Of a stretch of DNA of 64,000 nucleotides, positions 49,513-59,524 are shown in pieces. The stretch's first letter is position 1, and each line of letters begins with the position of its first letter. Position numbers and translations under genes: made by a program. This DNA is from an uncultured Chloroflexia bacterium (GTDB lineage Bacteria; Chloroflexota; Limnocylindria; Limnocylindrales; CSP1-4): contig CAVQJC010000006.1 in NCBI GenBank assembly GCA_963712745.1, positions 64,001 to 128,000 of the forward strand. The letters are read 5' to 3'. The notes below the pieces were generated by a model. The model was not told where the DNA came from and ran no database searches. It was given only the letters and a program-made list of their open reading frames with translations.

Positions 49513-50369
49513 CCCTGACTGCACGCGACAAGCAGCTGCGCGGCCAATCGCGCTGGGGCACGGCTGCGCTCGGCATCGTTACCTGGCTCGTGGCCGCGCT
49601 CTTCTTCTTCCCGGTCTTCTGGATGGTGCTCAACAGCTTCAAGACCGAGCTGGACGCCAACACCACGCCGAAGCTCTTCTTCGAGCCCACACTCGACCGC
49701 TGGCAAGCGGTGACCGAATCGGTTACCGGGCTGCTCAGCTTCAACGAGGCCTTCTTCAACTCGTTCCTCATCGTCATCGTCTCGACCGTGCTGGTGCTGG
49801 TGCTGGCCATCCCGGCGGCCTACGCGCTGTCTATCTACCCCATCAAGGCGTGGCGCGACGCGCTCTTCTTCTTCATCTCGACGAAGTTCCTGCCCGTCGT
49901 GGCCGCCATCCTGCCGCTGTGGATCATCGCCAAGGAACTGGGGCTGCTCAACACCCACCTCGTGCTCATCATCCTGTACACGGCCATGAACCTGCCGCTC
50001 GCCGTGTGGATGCTGCGCTCGTTCTTCGGCGAGGTGCCGCGCGAGCTCATCGAGGCAGCCCAGATGGATGGGACCGGGCTGTATGGACAAATCAAGGACG
50101 TGATGCTGCCCATCGTCGCACCTGGCATTGCGGCCACGGCGTTGCTGTGCTTCATCTTCGCCTGGAACGAGTTCTTCCTGGCGGTCCAGCTCAACCCGGT
50201 CGAGGGTTCGACCGTACCGGTTTGGGTGAGCACCAACGTCACCACTCGCGGGAACTTCATGGCGAAGCTCTCGGCAGCGTCTACGTTGGCGGTCCTGCCG
50301 GTCGTCATCGCGGGCTGGATCGCCCAGAAGCGGATGATCCGCGGCCTTTCCATGGGAGCCATCAAGTAG
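49509..50369 (+). CDS. Sugar ABC permease
   Basis: EAAQMDG, AWNEF, RGLSMGAIK. Confidence 0.92.
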   Translation: MTLTARDKQLRGQSRWGTAALGIVTWLVAALFFFPVFWMVLNSFKTELDANTTPKLFFEPTLDRWQAVTESVTGLLSFNEAFFNSFLIVIVSTVLVLVLAIPAAYALSIYPIKAWRDALFFFISTKFLPVVAAILPLWIIAKELGLLNTHLVLIILYTAMNLPLAVWMLRSFFGEVPRELIEAAQMDGTGLYGQIKDVMLPIVAPGIAATALLCFIFAWNEFFLAVQLNPVEGSTVPVWVSTNVTTRGNFMAKLSAASTLAVLPVVIAGWIAQKRMIRGLSMGAIK

Positions 50370-50375
50370 GGAGCC

Positions 50376-51473
50376 ATGTCTGAAGTCAGTTATCGCGACG
50401 CGACCAGGACCTATCCCGGCACGGACGCGCCTGCAGTCGATCGCCTGAACCTCACCGTCGACGACGGCGAGTTCCTCGTCCTCGTGGGCCCCTCCGGGTC
50501 GGGGAAGTCGACGGCCCTGCGCATGCTCGCCGGGCTGGAGGCCTGCGATGAGGGCTCCATCTGGATCGGCGACCGCGATGTCACGCTGGTTCAGCCCAAG
50601 GACCGGGACGTGGCCATGGTCTTCCAGAGCTACGCGCTCTACCCGCACATGACGGTGGCGCAGAACATCGGCTTCCCATTGAAGCAGCAGAAGGTGCCGA
50701 AAGACGAGCGCGCGAAGCAGGTCCAGGAAGCTGCGCGCATCCTCGACCTGGAGGACTACCTCGACCGCAAGCCCAAGCAGCTTTCGGGTGGCCAGCGCCA
50801 GCGCGTGGCCATGGGCCGCGCCATCGTGCGCCATCCCCAGGTCTTCCTCATGGACGAGCCACTGTCGAACCTCGACGCCAAGCTGCGCGTCCAGACGCGT
50901 GCGGAGCTGGCCGACCTGCAGGCGCGCTTGGGCGTCACGACGGTGTACGTGACACACGACCAGGTCGAGGCCATGACCATGGGTCACCGGGTAGCCATCC
51001 TCGACTACGGTGTCATGCAGCAGGTCGACACCCCGGGCGAGCTGTATCGCCACCCGGCCAATCTCTTCGTGGCCGGCTTCATCGGTTCGCCCGCCATGAA
51101 CATCGTGCCTACCACGGTCGAGGGCGGCGCGGTCGCCTTCGGCAGCACGCGGGTAGAGCTGGACCCGGCGGTCGTTTCTGGTTTGGACGACGCTGGTACC
51201 GACGACCTCAAGCTGGGCGTCCGGCCACAGGGCCTCGCGCTCGGGAGCGAAGGGGTGCCCGCCAAGGTGGTCGTGGTCGAGGAGCTGGGATCGGAGACCT
51301 TCGTCTTCGCAGAGATCGAGCACCTGGGCAAGACGACACGGATCCGTGTGCGCGTGGACGCTGACTATGCGGTCGCGCGCGGCGACAACACCAACGTCAG
51401 CGTTATGGGCCCAGTCCACGTCTTCGGCACCAACGGCCTTCGTCTGAAGACGGCCTCCGAGCAAGAGGGCTAG
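50376..51473 (+). CDS. Sugar ABC ATP-binding protein
   Basis: GPSGSGKST, LSGGQ, MDEP, VTHDQ. Confidence 0.95.
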   Translation: MSEVSYRDATRTYPGTDAPAVDRLNLTVDDGEFLVLVGPSGSGKSTALRMLAGLEACDEGSIWIGDRDVTLVQPKDRDVAMVFQSYALYPHMTVAQNIGFPLKQQKVPKDERAKQVQEAARILDLEDYLDRKPKQLSGGQRQRVAMGRAIVRHPQVFLMDEPLSNLDAKLRVQTRAELADLQARLGVTTVYVTHDQVEAMTMGHRVAILDYGVMQQVDTPGELYRHPANLFVAGFIGSPAMNIVPTTVEGGAVAFGSTRVELDPAVVSGLDDAGTDDLKLGVRPQGLALGSEGVPAKVVVVEELGSETFVFAEIEHLGKTTRIRVRVDADYAVARGDNTNVSVMGPVHVFGTNGLRLKTASEQEG

Positions 51474-51478
51474 GCCCC

Positions 51479-52291
51479 GTGTCGGCGACGTACGACTTCA
51501 CGAGCTCGACCGCGCTCGTGACCGGCGCGGCGGGAGACATCGGCCGCACCACCGCCGTGCGGCTGGCAGAAAGCGGCGCGAATGTGGTCATCACCGACAT
51601 CGATCGAGCTGGCGACGGACTCGAGCTGACTCGGGCCGCCTGCGCATCTGTCACGAGTGGGGACGGCGTCCTGGCCTTCGCGGCCGACGTCACCGAGCCG
51701 GCCAGCGTGGCGGCCTGCTTCGATGCCGCCGTCGATCGCTTCGGCGCGCCCGACCTGGTGTTCAACAACGCCGGCGTCCAGGGCGAGCTGCTGCCGCTGC
51801 AGGACTATCCCGTCGACGACTTCCCGTTCGTCATGAACGTGAACGTCTTCGGCATCTTCAACGTCCTGCGCGAGGCATCGCGGCGGCTGCGCGAGGCTGG
51901 CCGGCCGGGAGCCATCGTGAACTCGGCCTCGATGGCCGGCGTCGAAGGCGCCGCCAACATGCCCGCTTACAGCGCTTCCAAGGGCGCCGTCATGAGCATC
52001 ACGCGCTCGGCATCCAAGGACTTCGCCCCGCTCGGCATCCGCGTCAACGCCATCTCACCGGCTTTCATCGGCGAGGGCCTGATGTGGGACCGTCAGGTGC
52101 AGCGCCAAGCCAGGGCGAATACGCAGTACTACTCGACCGACCCCACGGTCGTGGCGGAGGAGATGGTCGGCGCGGTCCCGCTGCGTCGCACCGGCAGGCT
52201 CGACGAGGTCGCAGCGACCGTGCTGTGGCTGCTCTCTGACGAGTCCTCGTATGTCACGGGGCACAACGTCATCATCAGCGGCGGGATCTAG
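51479..52291 (+). CDS. SDR family oxidoreductase
   Basis: TGAAGDIG, NNAG, YSASK. Confidence 0.92.
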   Translation: MSATYDFTSSTALVTGAAGDIGRTTAVRLAESGANVVITDIDRAGDGLELTRAACASVTSGDGVLAFAADVTEPASVAACFDAAVDRFGAPDLVFNNAGVQGELLPLQDYPVDDFPFVMNVNVFGIFNVLREASRRLREAGRPGAIVNSASMAGVEGAANMPAYSASKGAVMSITRSASKDFAPLGIRVNAISPAFIGEGLMWDRQVQRQARANTQYYSTDPTVVAEEMVGAVPLRRTGRLDEVAATVLWLLSDESSYVTGHNVIISGGI

Positions 52292-52306
52292 CGCGCGCTC
52301 CTAGCC

Positions 52307-53794
52307 CTAGCTGGCCATCACCCGTGCCACCGCCGCGTCGATGTCCGCCCGTGACGGCAGCGGCCGGTCGCCGTGGCAGCGTTTGAACTTGCGACCACTC
52401 CCGCAGGTGCAGGCGTCATTGCGCCCGCGCGCGGCGTCCTCGGCGCCGTAGGCGTACATGATCTCGGCCGCCGCCCGCCCGGAACGCAGCAGCGTGCCCA
52501 TCGCCTGCATCGCCGGCATGACGTGCCCAAAGAACAGCTTGTAGCCGGGACAGAGGTAGTTGAGCCCGGGCTCGCCGTAGGGGTCGTCGCGGAACCGGTC
52601 CTTAGGGCAGCCTCCGTGGCACACCGAGCGCACGTCGCACTCGCGGCAGAAGCGCGGCAGCCTGTCGCGCTTGTCCAGGCCGAAGATCTCCATCTGCGGC
52701 GAGGCCACGAGCTCGGCCATGTGCGTCTCGTGGATGTTGCCCAGCTTGTAAGCCGGCTCCACGAAGTGGTCGCAGGTGTAGAGGTCGCCGTTGTGCTCGA
52801 GGGCCGGGCCGCGGCCACAGGTCTCGGCGTGGATGCACAGACCGGGCGGCGCGCCCACCACGTTGGCCAGCGTGACGTCGAACATCTGGACGTAGACGGA
52901 GCCCACGTCGCGCCGGACCCACTCCTCGAAGACATCGACGAGGAAACGGCCGTACTGCTCCGAGCCGATCGAGCGACTGGTGACCAGGTCCCCCTTCTGC
53001 TCGTAGAGCGGCCGAGCCTTGTTGCTGTCGCCCCAGCCTGCCTCGGCGATCTCGATGAGCTCGGGCGTGGCCCGCTCGATGATGGGGATGAACTGGACGA
53101 AGCGAGCCCCCACCTCGTCGCGGAAGAAGCGGTAGACCTCCTTGCCGCGGTCACCGTTGACAGCGTGGACGGTGCAAAGGATGTTGAACTCCGCTCCGGC
53201 GTCGGTCAGCAGGCGCGCCGCGCGCATGACCTTCGCGTGGGTGCCCGCCCCGCCCTTGTCGACGCGCTGCGCGTCGTGGATGTCGGCAGGGCCGTCCATC
53301 GACAGGCCGATGAGGAAGTTGTGCTCGGCGAAGAAGGCCGCCCACTCCTCGTCGAGCTTGGTGCCGTTGGTCTGGAGCGTGTGCTCGATGATCTGGCCGG
53401 GCCTGCGGTACTTCTCCACCAGCTTCATCGTGTCGCGGTAGAAGTCGAGGCCCATGAGCGAAGGCTCGCCTCCCTGCCAGGCCACGGTCACACGCTCGCT
53501 GCGGTGACCCTCGATCAACTGCCGGATGTACTGCTCGTGCGTCTCATCGGTCATCCGGAACTTGCTGCCCGGATAGAGCGCCTCCTTGGACAGGAAGAAG
53601 CAGTAGGTGCAATCGAGGTTGCAGATCGCGCCGGTAGGCTTGGTCAGGACGTGGAAGTTGGCTGGGGCGCTCGCCGGCAGGTCCGGTAGCACCGGCAGCA
53701 TTCGGGTCCCGACTCCTCCGTCCGTGCCCCCATCGGTCGACTGTGGCGGGCCTGTCACCACATCCTCGCGGGTGAAGGTACGGGTAGGGTCCAT
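52307..53794 (-). CDS. Anaerobic sulfatase maturase (radical SAM/SPASM) with SEC-C tail
   Basis: KPTGAICNLDCTYC, WQGGEP, QTNG, CDHFV, CxxC...GGCPK, GRNDACTCGSGRKFKRCH. Confidence 0.93.
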   Translation of the reverse strand: MDPTRTFTREDVVTGPPQSTDGGTDGGVGTRMLPVLPDLPASAPANFHVLTKPTGAICNLDCTYCFFLSKEALYPGSKFRMTDETHEQYIRQLIEGHRSERVTVAWQGGEPSLMGLDFYRDTMKLVEKYRRPGQIIEHTLQTNGTKLDEEWAAFFAEHNFLIGLSMDGPADIHDAQRVDKGGAGTHAKVMRAARLLTDAGAEFNILCTVHAVNGDRGKEVYRFFRDEVGARFVQFIPIIERATPELIEIAEAGWGDSNKARPLYEQKGDLVTSRSIGSEQYGRFLVDVFEEWVRRDVGSVYVQMFDVTLANVVGAPPGLCIHAETCGRGPALEHNGDLYTCDHFVEPAYKLGNIHETHMAELVASPQMEIFGLDKRDRLPRFCRECDVRSVCHGGCPKDRFRDDPYGEPGLNYLCPGYKLFFGHVMPAMQAMGTLLRSGRAAAEIMYAYGAEDAARGRNDACTCGSGRKFKRCHGDRPLPSRADIDAAVARVMAS

Positions 53795-53860
53795 GCAGCA
53801 GAGACTACAGGCCGCGTACGCTTGCGGCACTCACACGACTTGCCGAGGAGCCAACAGCGC

Positions 53861-54772
53861 ATGAGCCAGTCCAAGCTCCCGTCCTGGCGCACGGGACACA
53901 CGCGCGAGGCCATCGAGATCTTCCTCGATGCAGCCGAGATGCTGCCCATCGAGCAGCGGGTGGCGGTCTTCGATGTCGACGGCACGCTGTGGTGCGAGAA
54001 GCCGCGGTACTCGATGGTCGAGTTCCTCGTGGCGGAGCTGAGGCGGTTCGTGGCTGCCAGACCGGAGCTCGCCGGCAAGCCGGAGTACCGTGCCGCTATG
54101 GAGTGGGATCGCGAGGCCATCGGCCGGCTGGGCCTGATCAACGTGCTGGTCGCACTGGTCGAACCCCACACGGGCATCACGCCCGAGGTGTACGAGGCGC
54201 GCGTTCGCGAGCACTTCGCGAGCGCGTCACACCCCGACCGCGGCGTGCCTCTGTCACAAACACGCTATCGCCCCATGCTGGAGCTCATCGGTGAGCTTCG
54301 GGCACGCCACTTCGGCGTCTTTCTGGTGACCGGGACTGGCACCGAGTTCATCCGCGCCGTGAGCCACGACTTCTTCGGCGTCACGCCCGAAGGGGTCGTC
54401 GGCTCCCAGGTCGGCTACGAGCTGGACCGCAGCGAGGGCAGACCACGGCTCCTGCGCACGAGGGAGCTGGTCGGCGACCCCAACGAGGGCCCGGCCAAGA
54501 TCGCCAACATCCAGCGCCTGCTAGGACGGCGGCCCATCCTGGCTGCGGGCAACTCAGCCGGCGACAGGGAGATGCTCGAATACGTCGCGGCCTTCGAGGG
54601 ACCCTCGCTGGCCCTGCTCGTGGACCACGACGACGCTGAGCGTGAATACGCCTACCAGTCGGTGGCCGGGACGCCCGCCCCGTCAGGGCCGATGGCGACC
54701 ACGGCTCTCGAAATGGATTGGACCGTGGTCTCGATGGAGCGCGACTGGGAGACGGTCTACGCCGCTACCTAG
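53861..54772 (+). CDS. HAD-family hydrolase
   Basis: AVFDVDGTLWCEKP, GRRP, GNSAGD, HDDAEREYAY. Confidence 0.88.
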   Translation: MSQSKLPSWRTGHTREAIEIFLDAAEMLPIEQRVAVFDVDGTLWCEKPRYSMVEFLVAELRRFVAARPELAGKPEYRAAMEWDREAIGRLGLINVLVALVEPHTGITPEVYEARVREHFASASHPDRGVPLSQTRYRPMLELIGELRARHFGVFLVTGTGTEFIRAVSHDFFGVTPEGVVGSQVGYELDRSEGRPRLLRTRELVGDPNEGPAKIANIQRLLGRRPILAAGNSAGDREMLEYVAAFEGPSLALLVDHDDAEREYAYQSVAGTPAPSGPMATTALEMDWTVVSMERDWETVYAAT

Positions 54773-54832
54773 ACTCGGGCGTGACGAAGCCGCCGACGAT
54801 CGACCCGCCAGCGGCTCTCTGTTTCCTGATCC

Positions 54833-55657
54833 CTAGACAGGCTCGGGGATGGGCACGGCCTCCTCGATGGCCTTGATCCGCTTCTCGTGGTCGGCCAGTG
54901 TCTTCTCGGCCGCCTTGACGCGATCACGCAGCTTGGCCACGGCCTTGTCGACGGCGGCAACTGCGGCCGTGTTGTCGGCGATGGCCTTCTCAGCCGCTGT
55001 GAGGCGCTTCTCGACCTTGTTGAAGTTGACCTTGCCGAGCTTCTGCTCGTTCTTGGCCACACCCTCTTCGACGGCCGACACACGCTTGTCGAACTTCTTG
55101 ACGTTGATCGAATTGGCAGCCTCGGAGAGCGCGGCGACATCGGCCGTGGCCTGGTCGATCTGCGCCTGCAGACTGGCCAACTCCTCCGCTAGAGCCTCGA
55201 TGTCGGTGGCCGTGATCTCGACGGGCTGCTCGCGATATGTGAGTGTCACCGTGCCGTCGGCGTCGGAGAGCGAGAAGGCGCCCTCTTCGTCGATCGTCCA
55301 GCCCGCGGTCGACTGCAACAGCGGAAGGTATGCATCCTCGACCGACTGGACTGGCTCTTCGCAGAGCTTCTGCGTCACGCCGAACGGCTGGGGGAAGGTC
55401 AACGAGGTCGCGTCGATCTCGTAGCCACCGAAGTAGGAGTTGCAGCCAGCACTGCCAGTGGCCTGGCCACTGTCGAGGATCAGCGTGACCTCGACCCCTT
55501 CGGGCACGGCCTCGCCAGCGAGGGTCGCAAGCTGCCAGGGCATGCCCTCGGCGGGATACGGCACCGCCTCCTCTTCCTGTGCCGCCACGATGCCAGGCAG
55601 CGCGCCCAGCACGAGCGACGCGCTCAAGGCACCGGCAATCAGCTGTCGCCTATTCAT
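54833..55657 (-). CDS. Secreted META-domain protein with C-terminal coiled coil
   Basis: MNRRQL signal peptide; WQL...GSAGCNSYFG...TQKLC; heptad Ala/Lys/Glu tail. Confidence 0.8.
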   Translation of the reverse strand: MNRRQLIAGALSASLVLGALPGIVAAQEEEAVPYPAEGMPWQLATLAGEAVPEGVEVTLILDSGQATGSAGCNSYFGGYEIDATSLTFPQPFGVTQKLCEEPVQSVEDAYLPLLQSTAGWTIDEEGAFSLSDADGTVTLTYREQPVEITATDIEALAEELASLQAQIDQATADVAALSEAANSINVKKFDKRVSAVEEGVAKNEQKLGKVNFNKVEKRLTAAEKAIADNTAAVAAVDKAVAKLRDRVKAAEKTLADHEKRIKAIEEAVPIPEPV

Positions 55658-55784
55658 GAGGTGGGATCCTCCCGTTCTCGTTCGGCCGGACTGGGGCTCG
55701 GCATCTGTCTCGCTGCATTCTCCCACCTTGCTCCGGTTCACTCCGGGCCCTGAAGGTCCCGACGCCCCGCGCTACGCTGATGAC

Positions 55785-56768
55785 ATGCAGTACCGACGAC
55801 TTGGCAAGACCGGATACGAGATCAGCACCGTCAGTTTCGGTGCCTGGGCCATCGGAGCCGACTGGGGGGACGTCGATGATTCGGAGTCCCTGGCCGCCCT
55901 CCACGCCGCCGCCGACGCCGGCGTCAACTTCATCGACACCGCCGACGTCTACGGCGACGGCCGCAGCGAGCGGCTCATCAGCCGCTTCCGCAAGGAACGG
56001 GCCGGGGAGCGCATCTACGTGGCCACCAAGATGGGCCGCCGCGTGGAGCAGAAGGTCGAGAACTACACGCCCGAGGCCTTCGTGGCCTGGACGACGCGAT
56101 CGCGCGACAACCTCGACACCGAGACGCTGGACCTGGTGCAGCTGCACTGCCCACCGACCGACCTCTTCTATCACCCCGAGCTCTTCGCGGCCATCGATGA
56201 GCTGAAGGCTGACGGGGTCATGGCCCACTACGGCGTCAGCGTGGAGAAGGTGGAGGAGGCGGTCAAGGCCATGGAGTACCCGGGCGTGGCCAGCGTGCAG
56301 ATCATCTTCAACATGGTCCGCCAGCGTCCGGCCGACCGCTTCCTCGGCGAAGCCCAGGCCAGCGACGTGGGCGTCGTCGCGCGCGTGCCGCTGGCCTCCG
56401 GGCTGCTGACGGGCAAGTACGACGCGGCCTCGACCTTCGCCGAGAACGATCACCGCAACTACAACCGCCACGGCGCCGCCTTCGACGTGGGTGAGACCTT
56501 CGCAGGCCTCGACTACGAGACCGGCCTGGAGTTCGTGGCAGCCCTGCAGGAACTCGTGCCGGAAGGTGCGACCACGGCGCAGCTGGCGCTGCGCTGGATC
56601 CTGATGCACGACGGCGTGACCGCGGCCATCCCGGGAGCCAAGTCGCCCGAGCAGGCGCGGGCCAACGCCGCGGCGGCAGACCTGGCGCCGCTGCCTGAAG
56701 ACGTCATGGCCCGTATCAGCGACCTCTACGAGCAGCTGGCCAAGCCGCTCGTGCACCAGCGCTGGTAG
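55785..56768 (+). CDS. Aldo/keto reductase
   Basis: RRLGKTG, IDTADVYG, ATK, QLH, IPGAK. Confidence 0.93.
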   Translation: MQYRRLGKTGYEISTVSFGAWAIGADWGDVDDSESLAALHAAADAGVNFIDTADVYGDGRSERLISRFRKERAGERIYVATKMGRRVEQKVENYTPEAFVAWTTRSRDNLDTETLDLVQLHCPPTDLFYHPELFAAIDELKADGVMAHYGVSVEKVEEAVKAMEYPGVASVQIIFNMVRQRPADRFLGEAQASDVGVVARVPLASGLLTGKYDAASTFAENDHRNYNRHGAAFDVGETFAGLDYETGLEFVAALQELVPEGATTAQLALRWILMHDGVTAAIPGAKSPEQARANAAAADLAPLPEDVMARISDLYEQLAKPLVHQRW

Positions 56769-56839
56769 CCGGCCCGGGCGTGTAGGCTTGAGAGTGGCCT
56801 CAACGACATGCCCACCCAGACTCGCCCGTAGGAAGAACC

Positions 56840-58510
56840 GTGTCCGCGCACGCCCCTGAAGCCTCGCTTCAAGAGCTCGACCCCGCACTTGCTCTACCGC
56901 ACCGCCGCAAGATGGAGATCCTCTTCGCGGTGCTGCTGGTGGTCTTCCTCTCTGCCCTGGACCAGACCATCGTGGGTGTCGCGCTGCCCCGCATCGTGGG
57001 TGACCTGGGTGGCACCAACGAGCTCTACACCTGGGTCATCACCAGCTACCTGCTGACGGCCACCATCACGGGCGTCTTCTACGGCAAGCTCAGCGACATC
57101 TACGGACGTCGACTGATGCTGCTCTTCGGCGTCAGCGTCTTCCTGCTCGGCTCTGCCCTCTGTGGCCTGTCCTGGAACATCGAGTCGCTGGTCATCTTCC
57201 GCGGCATCCAGGGCATCGGCGCGGGCGCCATCTTCCCCATCTCGCTGGCCATCATCGGTGACCTCTTCGGTCCCCGCGAGCGAGGTCGCTACCAGGGCCT
57301 CTTCGGCGCCGTCTTCGGCATCGCCTCCGTGCTGGGCCCGCTCATCGGCGGCTGGCTCACCGACGGCTTCGGCTGGCACTGGATCTTCTTCGTCAACCTG
57401 CCCCTCGGCCTGGTCACGCTGGGCATCATCTATCGCCTGCTGCCGTCGGTCCACGGCGAACCGCCGACGCGCAACCTCGACTACCGCGGCGCGGTCGTCT
57501 TCGCGGTCGCCGTGACCTTCCTGCTGCTGGGGCTGACCAACAAGCAGTCGGGCGACTGGGCCGATGTCGGCGTCGGTGGCTTCCTGCTCATCGCCGCCCT
57601 CCTGACCCCGCTCTTCGTGTGGATCGAATCGCGCGCCGCCGAGCCCATCGTTCCGCTGGAGCTCTTCCGGGTCCGCAACTACTCGGTCACCATCGTGGCC
57701 ACGTTCCTGGCGGCTATCGCCTTCTTCGGCGCCATCGTGTTCCTGCCGCGCTGGTTCCAGTTCGTGGCCGAGGTCAGTCCCACCGAGTCGGGCCTGTACC
57801 TGCTGCCGCTGATGAGCGGCGTCATCATCAGCTCCGTCGGGGGCGGCATCATCGTGAGCAAGACCGGCCGCTACAAGTGGCTGGTGACAGGCGCCTTCCT
57901 CGTCCTCGCCATCGGGCTCTTCCTCTCGACCGGGTTGAGTGCGACCACGTCCCTGCCGGTACTGTGGGCATGGATGTTCGTGGCCGGTCTGGGCGTCGGC
58001 CCGTCACTCTCGGTCTTCACCATCGTCATCCAGGCCTCGGTGCCGTTCAGCCGCCTGGGTGTGGCCACCGGCAACCTCACCTTCTTCCGCCAGGTCGGCG
58101 CCTCGGTCGGCCTGGCCCTGGTGGGTACGATCTTCGCCGACAGCTTCGTGGGGCGATTGCGGCCGGAGCTCGTCGCGGCCGGCGTGCCTGAGACGACCGT
58201 CGGCATGGTCGAGCAGTTCTCGACGTCCAGCGGCGGCGATCTGACGCAGGTCGGCGCGGTCTCTCTGGCCGAGCAGCTGGCACAGGTGCCGCCGCTGGCG
58301 GGCATCGTGGACGAGATCGTGGCCGGCGTATACCAGGCCTTCTCGCTGGCCGTCGCAGATACCTTCTGGGTCGGGTTCGTCGTGACGCTCGTGGCCATGG
58401 CCGTGACCGCCATCGGGCTCAGGGACCTGCCCATCAGGTCGTTCGGTGGATCCGGCGAGGAAGTCGCCGGGCAGGCGGCCGGCGAGGCGCTGGGCGAAGT
58501 CATCGGCTAG
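56840..58510 (+). CDS. MDR/DHA2 (EmrB/QacA) MFS transporter
   Basis: [33 protein letters not shown]. Confidence 0.92.
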   Translation: MSAHAPEASLQELDPALALPHRRKMEILFAVLLVVFLSALDQTIVGVALPRIVGDLGGTNELYTWVITSYLLTATITGVFYGKLSDIYGRRLMLLFGVSVFLLGSALCGLSWNIESLVIFRGIQGIGAGAIFPISLAIIGDLFGPRERGRYQGLFGAVFGIASVLGPLIGGWLTDGFGWHWIFFVNLPLGLVTLGIIYRLLPSVHGEPPTRNLDYRGAVVFAVAVTFLLLGLTNKQSGDWADVGVGGFLLIAALLTPLFVWIESRAAEPIVPLELFRVRNYSVTIVATFLAAIAFFGAIVFLPRWFQFVAEVSPTESGLYLLPLMSGVIISSVGGGIIVSKTGRYKWLVTGAFLVLAIGLFLSTGLSATTSLPVLWAWMFVAGLGVGPSLSVFTIVIQASVPFSRLGVATGNLTFFRQVGASVGLALVGTIFADSFVGRLRPELVAAGVPETTVGMVEQFSTSSGGDLTQVGAVSLAEQLAQVPPLAGIVDEIVAGVYQAFSLAVADTFWVGFVVTLVAMAVTAIGLRDLPIRSFGGSGEEVAGQAAGEALGEVIG

Positions 58511-58548
58511 GTGGACCAAGGACACAGGGCGACGATGGAGGACAGACG

Positions 58549-59436
58549 GTGAAGGTTGGACTGATCTCGCCACAGGGCTGGAAGATGGAGTACGAGGGCT
58601 GGGACCCGGCCGCGGCCTGGGCCCGCACGGTGGAGCTGGCCGTTCAGGCAGAGGAGCTGGGCTTCGAGTCGCTGTGGGTCTTCGACCATTTCACCACCGT
58701 GCCCGACCCCACCGACGAGATGACGCTCGAGTCGTTCTCGCAGCTGTCGGCCCTGGCCATGGCCACCGAGCGCGTACGCCTGGGCCACATGGTCATCTGC
58801 ACCGCCTTCCGCAATCCGGCCCTGACAGCGAAGCTGGCCTCCACCATCGACGTCATCAGCGGCGGCCGCTTCGAGGTCGGCATCGGGGCCGGCTGGAAGA
58901 AGGACGAGTGGCTGGCCTACGGCTACGGCTTCCCGCCCATCGGCGAGCGCATCAGCACTTTCGAGGAGCACCTCGAGGTCATCACCCGGATGCTGGCGCC
59001 CGGTCACGCGACCTACGAGGGCGAGCGGGTGCACGTGCGCGATGCCATCAACGAGCCACGCGGCATCCAGGCGCACATCCCGCTCATCGTCGGCGGCAAC
59101 GGCCCCAAGCGGACGGCGGGCCTGGCGGTGAGGTTCGCCGATGAGCTGAACTTCGTCTTCAAGCCGCCTGAGTGGGTCGAGCGACGCATGGCCGAGGTGC
59201 GCGTCATGTGCGAGGAGGCGGGGCGCGACCCGGCGACCCTGCGTTTCTCGGTCTACACGCTCGATGAGGACTTCGGTCATGCCGGCCAGGCACGCGTCGA
59301 TCAGGTCGCCGGCTTCGCCGAGATCGGCCTTGACCGCATCGTCTGCTTCCCCACCAAGTACGACCCCAGCCTCGAGGCACAGGCTGCGTTCGCCGCGGAC
59401 GTCCAGACCGCGGGCGTGGCGCTCGAGGGCCCGTAG
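58549..59436 (+). CDS. LLM-class F420-dependent oxidoreductase
   Basis: WVFDHF, RNPALTAK, SGGR, GAGW, VGGNG. Confidence 0.9.
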   Translation: MKVGLISPQGWKMEYEGWDPAAAWARTVELAVQAEELGFESLWVFDHFTTVPDPTDEMTLESFSQLSALAMATERVRLGHMVICTAFRNPALTAKLASTIDVISGGRFEVGIGAGWKKDEWLAYGYGFPPIGERISTFEEHLEVITRMLAPGHATYEGERVHVRDAINEPRGIQAHIPLIVGGNGPKRTAGLAVRFADELNFVFKPPEWVERRMAEVRVMCEEAGRDPATLRFSVYTLDEDFGHAGQARVDQVAGFAEIGLDRIVCFPTKYDPSLEAQAAFAADVQTAGVALEGP

Positions 59437-59460
59437 TCGGCCATAGCGGGGCCGGCCCTA

Positions 59461-59524
59461 CCGGACTCGCTCAGGCGGCCGGACTCGCTCAGGCGGCCGG
59501 ACTCGCTCAGGCGGCCGGACTCGC
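59461..59524. repeat. 18-bp tandem repeat x3.5 spanning a stop codon
   Basis: ccggactcgctcaggcgg at 59461, 59479 and 59497. Confidence 0.9.

Noticed and set aside
52307-53794. Radical SAM/SPASM as a RiPP maturase
   Set aside because: Motifs are typical of anSME; no precursor peptide, RRE domain or peptidase-exporter is adjacent.
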